In this document: positions 1-9,093 of the stretch, piece by piece
How the letters are laid out: each line of letters starts with the position of its first letter
How positions within the stretch are numbered: the stretch's first letter is position 1
Origin: Sedimentisphaerales bacterium
GTDB taxonomy: Bacteria; Planctomycetota; Phycisphaerae; Sedimentisphaerales; SM23-30
Assembly: GCA_963663965.2 (NCBI GenBank)
Contig: CAXXFK010000010.1
Location: 1 to 64,000 of the forward strand
Length of the DNA: 64,000 nucleotides
Direction: 5' to 3'
Program-made: the position numbers and the translations under genes
The notes under the pieces: generated by a model
What the model was told of the DNA's origin: nothing
Database searches by the model: none
Seen by the model: only the letters and a program-made list of their open reading frames with translations

Positions 1-428
1 CGACTTCAATGCGGGTCGAGGCGGGCAGGTCTTCGATCAGTCGTTCGCGGGTCTCGGCACAGCGCTTCAGGTGGCCGCCGCAATCCGGACAACAGTCGGC
101 CCGATGCGCTTCGGTCCGGTCGACCCGGTCAGGAGCCGGTCGGCGAACGCCGGGATGACCCGCTTTGCGTCCCTTGAGTTTCTTACGCCGCTTGTCCGAG
201 AGATTGTCTTTGACAAACGGCGGTTTCTGTCCCGAAGAGCACGAGGGATCGTGAGGCCCCAACGCCCCCGTAGTGGAAGCGGGCGAAACGGTCTGAAGCG
301 ACGACAATTTCAGCAAAGGCAAACACCACCGCCTCTTCACCCAAGGCAAATATCGCCCGCGCCTGCTCGGCCGTCATCGGTCCGTTCAGGTTGGCCAGAA
401 TCTGTTGGGCTTTACTATGCATGCTCAT
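1..428 (-). pseudogene. IS66-family transposase, N-terminal part, with one extra base (frameshift or sequencing error)
   Basis: Removing one T at 315-317 gives one continuous frame: MTAEQARAIFALGEEAVVFALLKL...DPSCSSGQKPPFVK...KGRKAGHPGVRRPAPDRVDRTEAHRADCCPDCGGHLKRCAETRERLIEDLP. This is the basic/GHPG/CPxCG zinc-finger pattern of IS66 transposases. Confidence 0.75.
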
Positions 429-515
429 GCTTGTTAAGCATACACAAAACAAACACGGGCGCAAGCGTTTTCTTGACAATTTTAGAAAAATTGCTTCAGT
501 TGGCTAAAATGTTAC
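1..515 (-). mobile_element. IS66-family insertion sequence, left end (continues beyond window start)
   Basis: Minus strand starts GTAACATTTTAGCC at 515 (IS66 ends begin GTAA), followed ~90 nt later by an IS66-type transposase N-terminus. Confidence 0.7.
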
Positions 516-951
516 GAATCTTCAATTAATTCATAACGTTTCTGTTGCCTTTCCAACCCCAACAAATCCACCCCATTGACGCCCATATAGGCGTTATAGA
601 GGTTCAGGCCATCGGCGTATCCGGCCGGGTTTTCACTCAGCCAGCGGCCGTGGACGGGGTCGTAGTCGCGGAAGTGGGTATGCTCCCATCGGGCGTTTCT
701 ATTGTGTCAGCATCAGGGCGGATATTAACCTGAAGATTCGTTGACTGACTATCACAAATGAATGAGGCAATGCCTCTTTGCCGGTGAATGGGTCGGCGGT
801 GCATGCCGCACCAGATGAAGGGGATATATTGCGACCGGCCGATACTGTAGCCGGACCGGGTGTTTTCGGTGGTTCCATCTGCCGCAAAGGATTTGCACAG
901 GCCGGTGGAATTGTATAGCCAATGGGTATGAATATTCCTGATCGCTCGCAA
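516..951 (-). pseudogene. Rhs repeat-associated core domain remnant (orphan, disrupted)
   Basis: Minus strand translates YNSTGL...RSQYIPFIWCGMHR/DPFTGK [94-nt insert] HTHFRDYDPVHGRWLSENPAGYADGLNLYNAYMGVNGVDLLGL, the Rhs core with its DxxGL end motif; the frame terminates inside the IS end. Confidence 0.8.
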
Positions 952-984
952 GGTAAGTTTTTACTCGTGTAGAACTTATCTCAC

Positions 985-1142
985 GGCCCAGCGGGCATTT
1001 TCAATGGTAAGCAGTATATAACTCATTATGGCATCACAGGTAACAAAATATGAATCTCAGCTTTGATTTTGCCGCGATAATCGCCTAAAATATTGCGAAA
1101 TCAGTTTATAGACCATTAACGATTGTAAATGCCCGCTGGGCC
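985..1142. mobile_element. MITE-like non-coding element with ~26-bp imperfect terminal inverted repeats
   Basis: GGCCCAGCGGGCATTTTCAATGGTAA (985-1010) versus TAACGATTGTAAATGCCCGCTGGGCC (1117-1142); the outer 16 bp pair perfectly; AT-rich interior with no ORF. Confidence 0.6.
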
Positions 1143-1242
1143 ATGAATCAGTAATTTTTAGAAGTACCCTAAATACTTATATTCCGAGCAATCAGGTATG
1201 ATATCCACAATGGTTATCACAATAGATCAGGAGTAAAAACAA

Positions 1243-2856
1243 GTGAATATAGTCATCGCAGGCCCCAAAGGCTCAGGTAAATCCACTATCGGCCAGCATT
1301 TATCGCAATTAACCGGTCTCGGCGTCATTGAAACCGACCGCATGGTCGAACAACTCCATCAGGACCGTGACGGCCATTTTCTAACCTGCCGCGAAATATA
1401 CTCAGAACATGGCGCCGACTTCTTCAGAGACCTCGAACGCGAAGTAGCGCTTGAGGCCGCCGATCGCGATTGGCACTTTATCATCACCGGCGGATCCATC
1501 CTGATGGATCCGGATAACCGCCGCGCCCTCCGTACCGACGCCCTGCTGGTCTTTCTCAAAGCCGACAAAGACACTCTCTGGCAGCGTGCCACCGCCAACG
1601 GCACTCCCCCCTGGTTATCCGGCCCCGAAGGCCGCAAAACCTACGAAACCGAAGTAGATTACCGCAACGAAGTTCTGTCCCCCTATGCGGATATCATTCT
1701 CGATACCACTAGCGGCACACCCGAAACCCTGGCCGAACAGGTGGTCTCCCTGATCAAGGAAGAACTGGCCATTCGCAGCCACGCCGCCAATACCTACGGC
1801 CGCATCATTCACATGACCACCTTCGGTGAAAGCCACGGCCCGGCCATCGGCGCCGTTATGGACGGCGTACGCCCCGGACTGGAAATCTCCGAAGAAGAGA
1901 TCCAGATCCAGCTGAACCGCCGCCGGCCCGGCCAGAGCGACGTCGTCACTCCGCGCAGCGAAAAAGACCAGGTCCACATCCTGTCGGGTGTATTTGAAGG
2001 CAAAACCACCGGGGCCCCCATCGCCATGGTCATCTACAACAAAGACCAGGACTCCAGCAAATACGAAGGCATCAAAGACAAATTCCGGCCCGGCCATGCC
2101 GATTTTACCTTCTACAAAAAATACGGCATCCGCGACCACCGTGGCGGCGGCCGCTCCTCAGGCCGCGAAACTGCCGGCCGCGTCATGTGCGGCGCGATTG
2201 CCCGCAAAGTCCTGCTCGAACGTGGCGTGACCTTTACTGCCCATGCCATCGAAATCGCCGGTATCAAAGCCAATACCTGTGATCATTCCGTCATCGAAAC
2301 CAATCCTGTACGCTGCGCCGACCCTCAAGCCGCCCGCGAAATGGAAAAAGCCATTCTGGCCGCCAAAGATGACGAAGATTCAGTGGGCGGTATCGTCCAA
2401 CTCGAAATCAAAGGCCTGCCCGCCGGCCTGGGCGATCCGGTTTTTGACAAACTCGATGCCCGTTTGGCCAAAGCGCTCTTAAGTCTGGGCGCCACCAAGG
2501 GCTTTGAAATCGGCCGGGGTTTCGAACTTTGCCGCCTGCGCGGCAGCCAGTCCAACGACCATATGGGCCGGAACGGTTTCCTCAGCAATAACGCCGGCGG
2601 CATTACCGGTGGCATCTCCACCGGTCAGGATGTCATTATCCGAGTCGGCATCAAACCCACCAGTTCCATCGCCAAAGAACAACAGACCATGGATATTGAT
2701 TTCAACGATTGTAAAATCGAAGTCCACGGCCGCCACGATCCCTGTATCGTTCCCCGTGTTATCCCGGTAATAGAAAATATGGCCGCCCTGGTTATCTGGG
2801 ATGCCTGGGAAACCCAATGCCACATTCGACCCGGGTGGGATCGCTCCAATTCATAA
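1243..2856 (+). CDS. aroC: Bifunctional shikimate kinase / chorismate synthase (AroK-AroC fusion)
   Basis: N-terminal ~180 aa has P-loop GPKGSGKST, FRDLE and GGSI. Remainder has TTFGESHG, RPGHAD, GGGRSSGRETAGRV, NNAGGITGGIS, KPTSSI and GRHDPC. RBS AGGAG before a GTG start. Confidence 0.95.
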   Translation: MNIVIAGPKGSGKSTIGQHLSQLTGLGVIETDRMVEQLHQDRDGHFLTCREIYSEHGADFFRDLEREVALEAADRDWHFIITGGSILMDPDNRRALRTDALLVFLKADKDTLWQRATANGTPPWLSGPEGRKTYETEVDYRNEVLSPYADIILDTTSGTPETLAEQVVSLIKEELAIRSHAANTYGRIIHMTTFGESHGPAIGAVMDGVRPGLEISEEEIQIQLNRRRPGQSDVVTPRSEKDQVHILSGVFEGKTTGAPIAMVIYNKDQDSSKYEGIKDKFRPGHADFTFYKKYGIRDHRGGGRSSGRETAGRVMCGAIARKVLLERGVTFTAHAIEIAGIKANTCDHSVIETNPVRCADPQAAREMEKAILAAKDDEDSVGGIVQLEIKGLPAGLGDPVFDKLDARLAKALLSLGATKGFEIGRGFELCRLRGSQSNDHMGRNGFLSNNAGGITGGISTGQDVIIRVGIKPTSSIAKEQQTMDIDFNDCKIEVHGRHDPCIVPRVIPVIENMAALVIWDAWETQCHIRPGWDRSNS

Positions 2857-3885
2857 CGAGGCCAGGTGAACCGTATCGTCCTCGATTATAAACGAGTTGA
2901 ACAAGGACATTAACCACGTAACAGCCCCTGTTTCCGTTGGTTGGGTGAACTGATATTCCCGATCCAGCCATTCCGCCAGCTGCCCGATCGCCATCTGCCC
3001 GCCCTGTTCCGCCAAAACCTCCGCTAACCGTTTTCGAACAGGCTCCATTCGCATCAAATGATGTGGCAACCTCAATTCTTCCATCGCCTTCATCTCAATT
3101 TTTCGAACCCGTTCCCGGCTCACCCCCAGCACATCCGCCACTTGCCGTAAAGTCTTCTGTTGACCCTCTTTCAACCCATGGCGTGAGATAACAACACAAC
3201 TCTCTTTTTCGCCAACGATACCCTTTATATAGGATTCTAACATCTGTCTCAGACTTTCCGCTTGAGCGGGATCGATCCTATCGCGATTTGCATTAAAAAA
3301 GATATGCTCCTGAATGACTAGACGAACCTGATAAACACTTTTACGCCCGATATTCTTGCGGTTTTTTATCAGGCCATCCTGCGTCAATAACAGAAGATCA
3401 CCAATCCGCAGATTTCCCATTTCCTCAAACAGTGTCCGCGCACGCGCCGGCAACGGTAAATCGCACAATGGATAATCCGGCTGATACGATTGATGAATCA
3501 TTTTAAAGCCGAGTTCCTGCTGATAATCCGAAAAAAAAGGAAAACGCTGCAATCGCTCAGGATTCGCCTCTCTGGCATAATAATCGCCAAAATCCAGTTC
3601 AGGTTTGTCTATAGTATCCTTAGTCTCATCATCAAGCTGAGGTTGCCGGAAAATCTCTTCTGCATAAACACCAACCCGCTCCTTGAATTTCTTCAACTTC
3701 TTATAAAAATTAGCCCCGTATCCCTTAAGCTTCTTCACCGTATCGAGATCAAAAGCCAACATATCCTGTACGGTCAGAATCCTCAAGGCGTACAGCATTT
3801 TGACCTCTTTATCGTTCAACCCCAGAGATCGACAGATACTGCTCGTTAACTTTATATCACAGTTATCGTTAGACACATCGGCCAT
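2851..3885 (-). CDS. Protein with two RNA polymerase alpha-CTD-like (HhH) domains and a sigma70 region 4 HTH
   Basis: LPLPARARTLF...IGDLLLLTQDGLIKNRKNIGRKS (alpha-CTD-like), a similar N-terminal repeat, and RHGLKEGQQKTLRQVADVLGVSRERVRKIEMKAMEEL (sigma region 4). Confidence 0.75.
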   Translation of the reverse strand: MADVSNDNCDIKLTSSICRSLGLNDKEVKMLYALRILTVQDMLAFDLDTVKKLKGYGANFYKKLKKFKERVGVYAEEIFRQPQLDDETKDTIDKPELDFGDYYAREANPERLQRFPFFSDYQQELGFKMIHQSYQPDYPLCDLPLPARARTLFEEMGNLRIGDLLLLTQDGLIKNRKNIGRKSVYQVRLVIQEHIFFNANRDRIDPAQAESLRQMLESYIKGIVGEKESCVVISRHGLKEGQQKTLRQVADVLGVSRERVRKIEMKAMEELRLPHHLMRMEPVRKRLAEVLAEQGGQMAIGQLAEWLDREYQFTQPTETGAVTWLMSLFNSFIIEDDTVHLASL

Positions 3886-3888
3886 GGC

Positions 3889-5136
3889 TTATTGCCCAAA
3901 AACCGGCAAGATATGACGTGAGTAGATATTTTCCGTAACCTGCTCAGCAATAATCGTCTCGTAATGTTTTAATGCATCCAGATAACGGGTTCCCATTTTG
4001 GCGGCGATTTTATAACCCACATGCAACAATTGACGAAAACTCGGATTATAATCTGCACAGGACTGATCATGCCGGAGCGCACGCGCGAAAGCCTGGCCAT
4101 CCCATCCGTTAACCAGCGTTTTATCCGGCAATTGACTTCGATTAATATCAATCACCGTTGCGTAGGGCCCGCAAAGTTCATCAAAATGAACCAGCGATTC
4201 ATAATAAACTTCTTTGGCTATTTGTAATCCTTCACCACCCGCTAGCGCCAGACCAATTAATTCTTCCAACCAGGTAGTGCCGGCAGTTTTTAAATGCAGA
4301 CCGGTGTCAAATTTACGAATCGCGCGATTAATCGGCTCATAGATCGAAAATTTATCGCTGCCGGAATGCACGCTTAATTTCAAATTTTCAGGTAATCCAA
4401 ACTCTTTTATGGCAAAATTAATCACCGCCAGATCGTCGCTAAACTCTTTTTCAAATTGACTGACGTCCCCCACATAATCAACTCCTTTATTAAAGCGGCC
4501 GGTAAATTTGGGGGCAATGGTCTGTATCGGAATCCCCTCATCTGCAATCGCTGCCAAAATGAACAACATTTCGACCGGAGTCTGGGGTACATTCGTCTCA
4601 TCCATCGACACTTCAGTTACAAAGGCGCCTGTTTTTTTAACTTTCTCAATATGACGATAGATTTTCCCTGCCTCTTGCACAGCCAGAAGATATTTTCCGG
4701 CGATATTTCTGATTAACTGTTCTGTAATTTCGATATCACCCTCAACGCCTCCAATATGCAAATACCCGGCATATTTTTGATACTTCGTGACAAATCCAGC
4801 CATCTCCTCCTCGTTAGCCGGCTTGCCGGTATAATCAGCCACATCCAGTGTAAAAAAATCAGAGGGCTCGATAAATGAATCGACAATCTTTAAATTAATG
4901 TGATCCGCATCGACATAATAATTTGATTTCCATCCAAGACGCGCCACAGCATCATCCGCTTTCTGGCGAACATTTATTGGCTGTGTCCCAATAATACTAT
5001 GCTCACGATACGATTTATTCCAAACAGGTAATACCTCTATCCCAACTTGTCTGGCCTTAATCATCGCCTGAAGTTGCGCGCCACCCTGATGTCCAAAACG
5101 ATCACCAATCCCCATTGTGTATTTTTCAATATTCAT
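3889..5136 (-). CDS. uxaE: Tagaturonate/fructuronate epimerase family protein
   Basis: GIGDRFG, DADH, TEVSMDET, SVHSGSDKFS and HLKTAGTTWLEE motifs. Confidence 0.88.
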   Translation of the reverse strand: MNIEKYTMGIGDRFGHQGGAQLQAMIKARQVGIEVLPVWNKSYREHSIIGTQPINVRQKADDAVARLGWKSNYYVDADHINLKIVDSFIEPSDFFTLDVADYTGKPANEEEMAGFVTKYQKYAGYLHIGGVEGDIEITEQLIRNIAGKYLLAVQEAGKIYRHIEKVKKTGAFVTEVSMDETNVPQTPVEMLFILAAIADEGIPIQTIAPKFTGRFNKGVDYVGDVSQFEKEFSDDLAVINFAIKEFGLPENLKLSVHSGSDKFSIYEPINRAIRKFDTGLHLKTAGTTWLEELIGLALAGGEGLQIAKEVYYESLVHFDELCGPYATVIDINRSQLPDKTLVNGWDGQAFARALRHDQSCADYNPSFRQLLHVGYKIAAKMGTRYLDALKHYETIIAEQVTENIYSRHILPVFGQ

Positions 5137-5298
5137 TTTTATCGTTCCTTATCTTCAGCAAAAATGTTTATTGAATCTTATCACACTTAGATTTATCAGA
5201 CAAGTAGGATATTAAATATAAAGAGAAGGATCAACAGCCATCATTTCTTAGCGTTGATTTTAATTTAAATCCAACCACTTGACTCAATTAGAAATCAA

Positions 5299-5382
5299 TG
5301 CCCGGGACTGGATTCGAACCAGCACTGTCTTGCGACAACTAGCCCCTCAAGCTAGCGCGTCTACCAATTCCGCCACCCGGGC
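5299..5382 (-). tRNA. tRNA-Leu(GAG)
   Basis: GCCCGGGTGGCGGAATTGGTAGACGCG-CTAGC-TTGAGGG-GCTAG, long variable arm, GGTTCGAATCC, then CCCGGGCA; CCA not encoded. Confidence 0.96.
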
Positions 5383-5456
5383 GGGAATCCTGTTATTATA
5401 ACCTATTCATGCCAGAAACCAACGAAAAAGCATTCATCAGTCTCTTTCCATGTCTT

Positions 5457-6698
5457 TTATGCAAATTTCTTTATCAGCAGCGAACCGTTGTGTCCGCCAA
5501 ATCCAAACGAATTACTTAATGCGTACTGAATCGAAGCTTCGCGGGCAGTATTAGGCGTATAATCCAAATCACATTGCGGATCAGCTTCTTCCAAATTGAT
5601 GGTGGGCGGAATCACCGAATTGGCAACGGCAAGCGCGGCAAAATTGATTTCTACCCCGCCACTGGCTCCCAGCAGATGCCCAAGATGACTTTTGGTACTG
5701 CTGATCGCCAATTTATAGGCATGCTCACCAAAAACTTTTTTAATGGCATTCGTTTCACTGATATCATTCAGTTCCGTACTGGTGCCATGCGCATTGATAT
5801 AATCAACCACATCAGGATTTACCTCGGCATCATCCAAAGCTTCCTGCATGGCTCGCGCCGCCCCATTGCCATTTTCGGCGGGTGCGGTAATATGCTCAGC
5901 ATCGCAACTCATGCCAAAGCCTGCCAATTCAGCATAAATACGCGCGCCACGTTTCCTGGCCAGATCCAAATCTTCCAGGATTAGTATGCCCGCGCCTTCG
6001 GCAAGCACAAAACCATCACGATCTTTATCGAAGGGCCGTGAGGCTTTGTCCGGCTCATCGTTGCGGCGACTCAACGCTTTCAGCGAGCAAAAACTGGCCA
6101 GTCCTAATTGGGTCAGGGCCGCTTCACTGCCACCGGTAATCATGATGTCCTGGTTACCGTTGCGGATGTGACGAAACGCATCACCAATGGCATGAGTTGC
6201 TGACGCGCAAGCTGTTACTACCGAAGTATTGAAACCTCGGAAATTAAACTTGATTGCCACATTCGCACTGGCTGCGTTAACCATTAACTTAGGAACACAA
6301 AACGGACTGACCCGGTCAGGACCACGTTTTAATAATTTTTCGTGTTCCTTTTCCAGTTCAGATAATCCACCAATACCTGAACCAATAATCACGCCACATC
6401 GGTCAAGATTCAAAATACCGGTATCCAGCCCGCTGTCCTCCATGGCATTGATCGCACCGGCTAACGCCATTAACGCAAAGCGATCGATGCGTCGAGCTTC
6501 ACGGGAATCGATATATGTTTCCGGATTAAACCCTTTGACTTCACCGCCAATTTTGACGGGGAAATTATCCGTATTGAAACACTCAATACGGCTGGTTCCA
6601 CTCTTGCCGGAAACGATATTGTCCCAGACAACGTCTTTTTTTTCGCCCAGTGAGGTTACAAAACCTACACCAGTTATTACTACGCGCCGTTTGGCCAT
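5457..6698 (-). CDS. fabF: 3-oxoacyl-ACP synthase II
   Basis: RRVVITG, TACAS, YINAHGTST, KSHLGHLLGA and NSFGFGGHN motifs. Confidence 0.97.
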   Translation of the reverse strand: MAKRRVVITGVGFVTSLGEKKDVVWDNIVSGKSGTSRIECFNTDNFPVKIGGEVKGFNPETYIDSREARRIDRFALMALAGAINAMEDSGLDTGILNLDRCGVIIGSGIGGLSELEKEHEKLLKRGPDRVSPFCVPKLMVNAASANVAIKFNFRGFNTSVVTACASATHAIGDAFRHIRNGNQDIMITGGSEAALTQLGLASFCSLKALSRRNDEPDKASRPFDKDRDGFVLAEGAGILILEDLDLARKRGARIYAELAGFGMSCDAEHITAPAENGNGAARAMQEALDDAEVNPDVVDYINAHGTSTELNDISETNAIKKVFGEHAYKLAISSTKSHLGHLLGASGGVEINFAALAVANSVIPPTINLEEADPQCDLDYTPNTAREASIQYALSNSFGFGGHNGSLLIKKFA

Positions 6699-6804
6699 AA
6701 ATCACACCTGCTTTAACGTCTGTATCGCAAGCGTATGCCCCCGCATATTTTCATTGAAATCAAATTACATACGGGAACATACTTATTCTTGAAAACGCAA
6801 TCGA

Positions 6805-7044
6805 TTAATTCAAGTGTTTTTCAATATGATCAATCGCCTGACCTACGGTTTGAATTTTTTCCGCTTCTTCGTCAGGAATACTCAGATCAAATGCGTCTTC
6901 AAATTCCATTACTAATTCTACGGTATCGAGACTATCTGCATTCAGATCATTAACAAAGGAAGTCTCTCTGGTAATTTCCGCTACATCAACTCCAAGTTGG
7001 TCAGCGACTATTTGCTTAACTTTTGCTTCAATATCGGATGCCAC
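6805..7044 (-). CDS. acpP: Acyl carrier protein
   Basis: [21 protein letters not shown] start at 7044 after a GGAGG RBS (shorter than the ORF-track call). Confidence 0.96.
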   Translation of the reverse strand: MASDIEAKVKQIVADQLGVDVAEITRETSFVNDLNADSLDTVELVMEFEDAFDLSIPDEEAEKIQTVGQAIDHIEKHLN

Positions 7045-7135
7045 TTTAAAGCCTCCTGCATATCGGTTTAACTTTATTACACGGCGACACGGTGTCTGCC
7101 GAAATATAATTCTATCCATTTTTTAAGGACGCGGT

Positions 7136-7164
7136 AATATAACCAGTGTCCACTTGCTATTCAA
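7136..7164 (-). promoter_or_regulatory. sigma70-type promoter for acpP-fabF
   Basis: TTGAAT-N17-TATATT on the minus strand in the fabG-acpP gap. Confidence 0.5.
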
Positions 7165-7335
7165 GCATTTTGTTATGAAATTATTGGTTATTTTAGTAAA
7201 ATTTCACGTTTAAATGCTAGTTCCAGCATAAGTCAATATTCCTCATAACACTCTATTAACCAGAATATTATGAATGAATATATGGCAATTCAATACCAAT
7301 ATATCCAATCAAAAACGAATTGGTATGCCCAATAA

Positions 7336-8073
7336 TTACATAGCCATACCACCATCGACACATAATACCTGACCTGTGATATAACCGGATGCATCAGAAG
7401 CCAGAAATGCCACGGCATTAGCAATATCTTCGGGCCGGCCAAATCGATTCATGGGAATTGCCTGTTTTGCGTAATCTTTGACTTTGTCCGGCAACACATT
7501 CGTCATATCCGTCTGGATAAATCCGGGAGCAACACAATTAACGGTCACATTTCTTTTTGCCAGTTCTCGAGCAACGGTTTTGGATAAGCCAATCAAACCG
7601 GCTTTACTTGCCGCGTAATTGGCTTGTCCGGCATTTCCAATGACTCCGGAGACGCTGGCAATATTAATGATTCGGCCCCAGCGATTTTTCATCATCGAAC
7701 GCGCCGCTGCTTTCAGCGCCACAAATGCGGCTTTTAAATTAATTTTAATAACCAGATCAAAGTCTTCGTCAGGCATCGAAATGGAAAGGCCATCTCTGGT
7801 TATCCCCGCATTATTCACCAAAATACTGATGCCACCATATTCATCGGACAACCGTTCGAAAGTCTCATTCAAGGCCTCGGAATTGGTGATGTCCAGTTTT
7901 TCAGTAATCATATCTAAAGATTCTTTTGCGGCAATCTCATTCATTTCATTAAGACACGCCTCGTTTACGTCGACAGCCACCACTTTACGCCCTTGTTTTT
8001 CAAGCATAAAACAGATCTGACGCCCAATCCCTCGAGCTCCTCCCGTAACGATCGCTAATTTCTTGTCAGACAT
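7336..8073 (-). CDS. fabG: 3-oxoacyl-ACP reductase
   Basis: TGGARGIG, NNAGITRD, NYAASKAG and VAPGFIQTDM; ATG at 8073 with a GGAG RBS. Confidence 0.96.
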   Translation of the reverse strand: MSDKKLAIVTGGARGIGRQICFMLEKQGRKVVAVDVNEACLNEMNEIAAKESLDMITEKLDITNSEALNETFERLSDEYGGISILVNNAGITRDGLSISMPDEDFDLVIKINLKAAFVALKAAARSMMKNRWGRIINIASVSGVIGNAGQANYAASKAGLIGLSKTVARELAKRNVTVNCVAPGFIQTDMTNVLPDKVKDYAKQAIPMNRFGRPEDIANAVAFLASDASGYITGQVLCVDGGMAM

Positions 8074-8092
8074 TTCATGAACTCCACTATTT

Positions 8093-9043
8093 CTAGCCAG
8101 CATTGATTATTGTAATCTCTTTTTTAAATGGACGGCTAATCTTCTTTAACAATCCAGTCAGAACCCTGCCTGGACCAATTTCAACATAACGTCCATAATC
8201 GTTGCGCAACAGATACTCCACGCTTTGCTGCCAACGAACAGCGGAAACGAGCTGTTTTAATAATTTTCCAGATATCTCTTCTTTATTTCGATAAGGTTGG
8301 GCATCCACATTCGCGATGACAGACACCTGTAAATCGCCGAATTGGACCGATTGTAATGCTTTTTCGAGTTTTTCAGCCGCGGGCGCCATCATCATGGTAT
8401 GAAACGCACCCGCCACCTTTAACGGCAGCGCTCGAGACGCTCCCGCTTCGGGAGCTAATACGGCAATCCTTTCGCAAGCCTTCAGAGAGCCGCTGACAAC
8501 CAGCTGGCCCGGGCAATTGTAATTGACCGGGGAAAGGATTGTCTCTAATCCATCTTCTTCCTTGATTCCTTCAGACAGAATGGTTTCACACAATTTTTCT
8601 ACTGCCTCATTTTCGCATCCCATGATAGAGACCATGGTTCCCTGCCTTAAATTCGCGGCCTGCTGCATACTCTGGCCCCTGAGCTGAACGAGTCTTACGC
8701 CATCTTCAAATGACAGGACGCCTGCGGCATAAAGCGCCGTATACTCTCCCAGACTTAATCCAGCGCAACCATCCGGTTGAACGCCTTGAAGTTCCGGGGC
8801 GATGCGACCAGCCCTTATCGCGTTCAAAGCAGCTGCGCTATGAACAAAGATAGCCGGTTGCGCATATTCCGTTGAATTCAGTTTGTCTTCAGGACCGTTT
8901 AAACAGATCGCGGACAAATCGTAACCTAAAATATCGGATGCTTTTTCAAACATTCCAGGCGCATCCGGATCTGATTCCAGCAATTCCCGCGCCATTCCAA
9001 CAGTCTGGGCGCCTTGTCCCGGAAACATAAACAACGTTTTCAA
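8093..9043 (-). CDS. fabD: Malonyl-CoA:ACP transacylase
   Basis: FPGQGAQ, GLSLGEY, VAGAFHT and EIGPG; TTG start at 9043 likely (ORF track uses 9061). Confidence 0.95.
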   Translation of the reverse strand: MKTLFMFPGQGAQTVGMARELLESDPDAPGMFEKASDILGYDLSAICLNGPEDKLNSTEYAQPAIFVHSAAALNAIRAGRIAPELQGVQPDGCAGLSLGEYTALYAAGVLSFEDGVRLVQLRGQSMQQAANLRQGTMVSIMGCENEAVEKLCETILSEGIKEEDGLETILSPVNYNCPGQLVVSGSLKACERIAVLAPEAGASRALPLKVAGAFHTMMMAPAAEKLEKALQSVQFGDLQVSVIANVDAQPYRNKEEISGKLLKQLVSAVRWQQSVEYLLRNDYGRYVEIGPGRVLTGLLKKISRPFKKEITIINAG

Positions 9044-9093
9044 AGCCTTGCATCCTTTCATTCAACCGGCATTGGAAAATGTCTCATTTTACA

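Noticed and set aside
71..733. Plus-strand ORFs 71-529 and 545-733
   Set aside because: Antisense shadows of the IS66 transposase and the Rhs core on the minus strand
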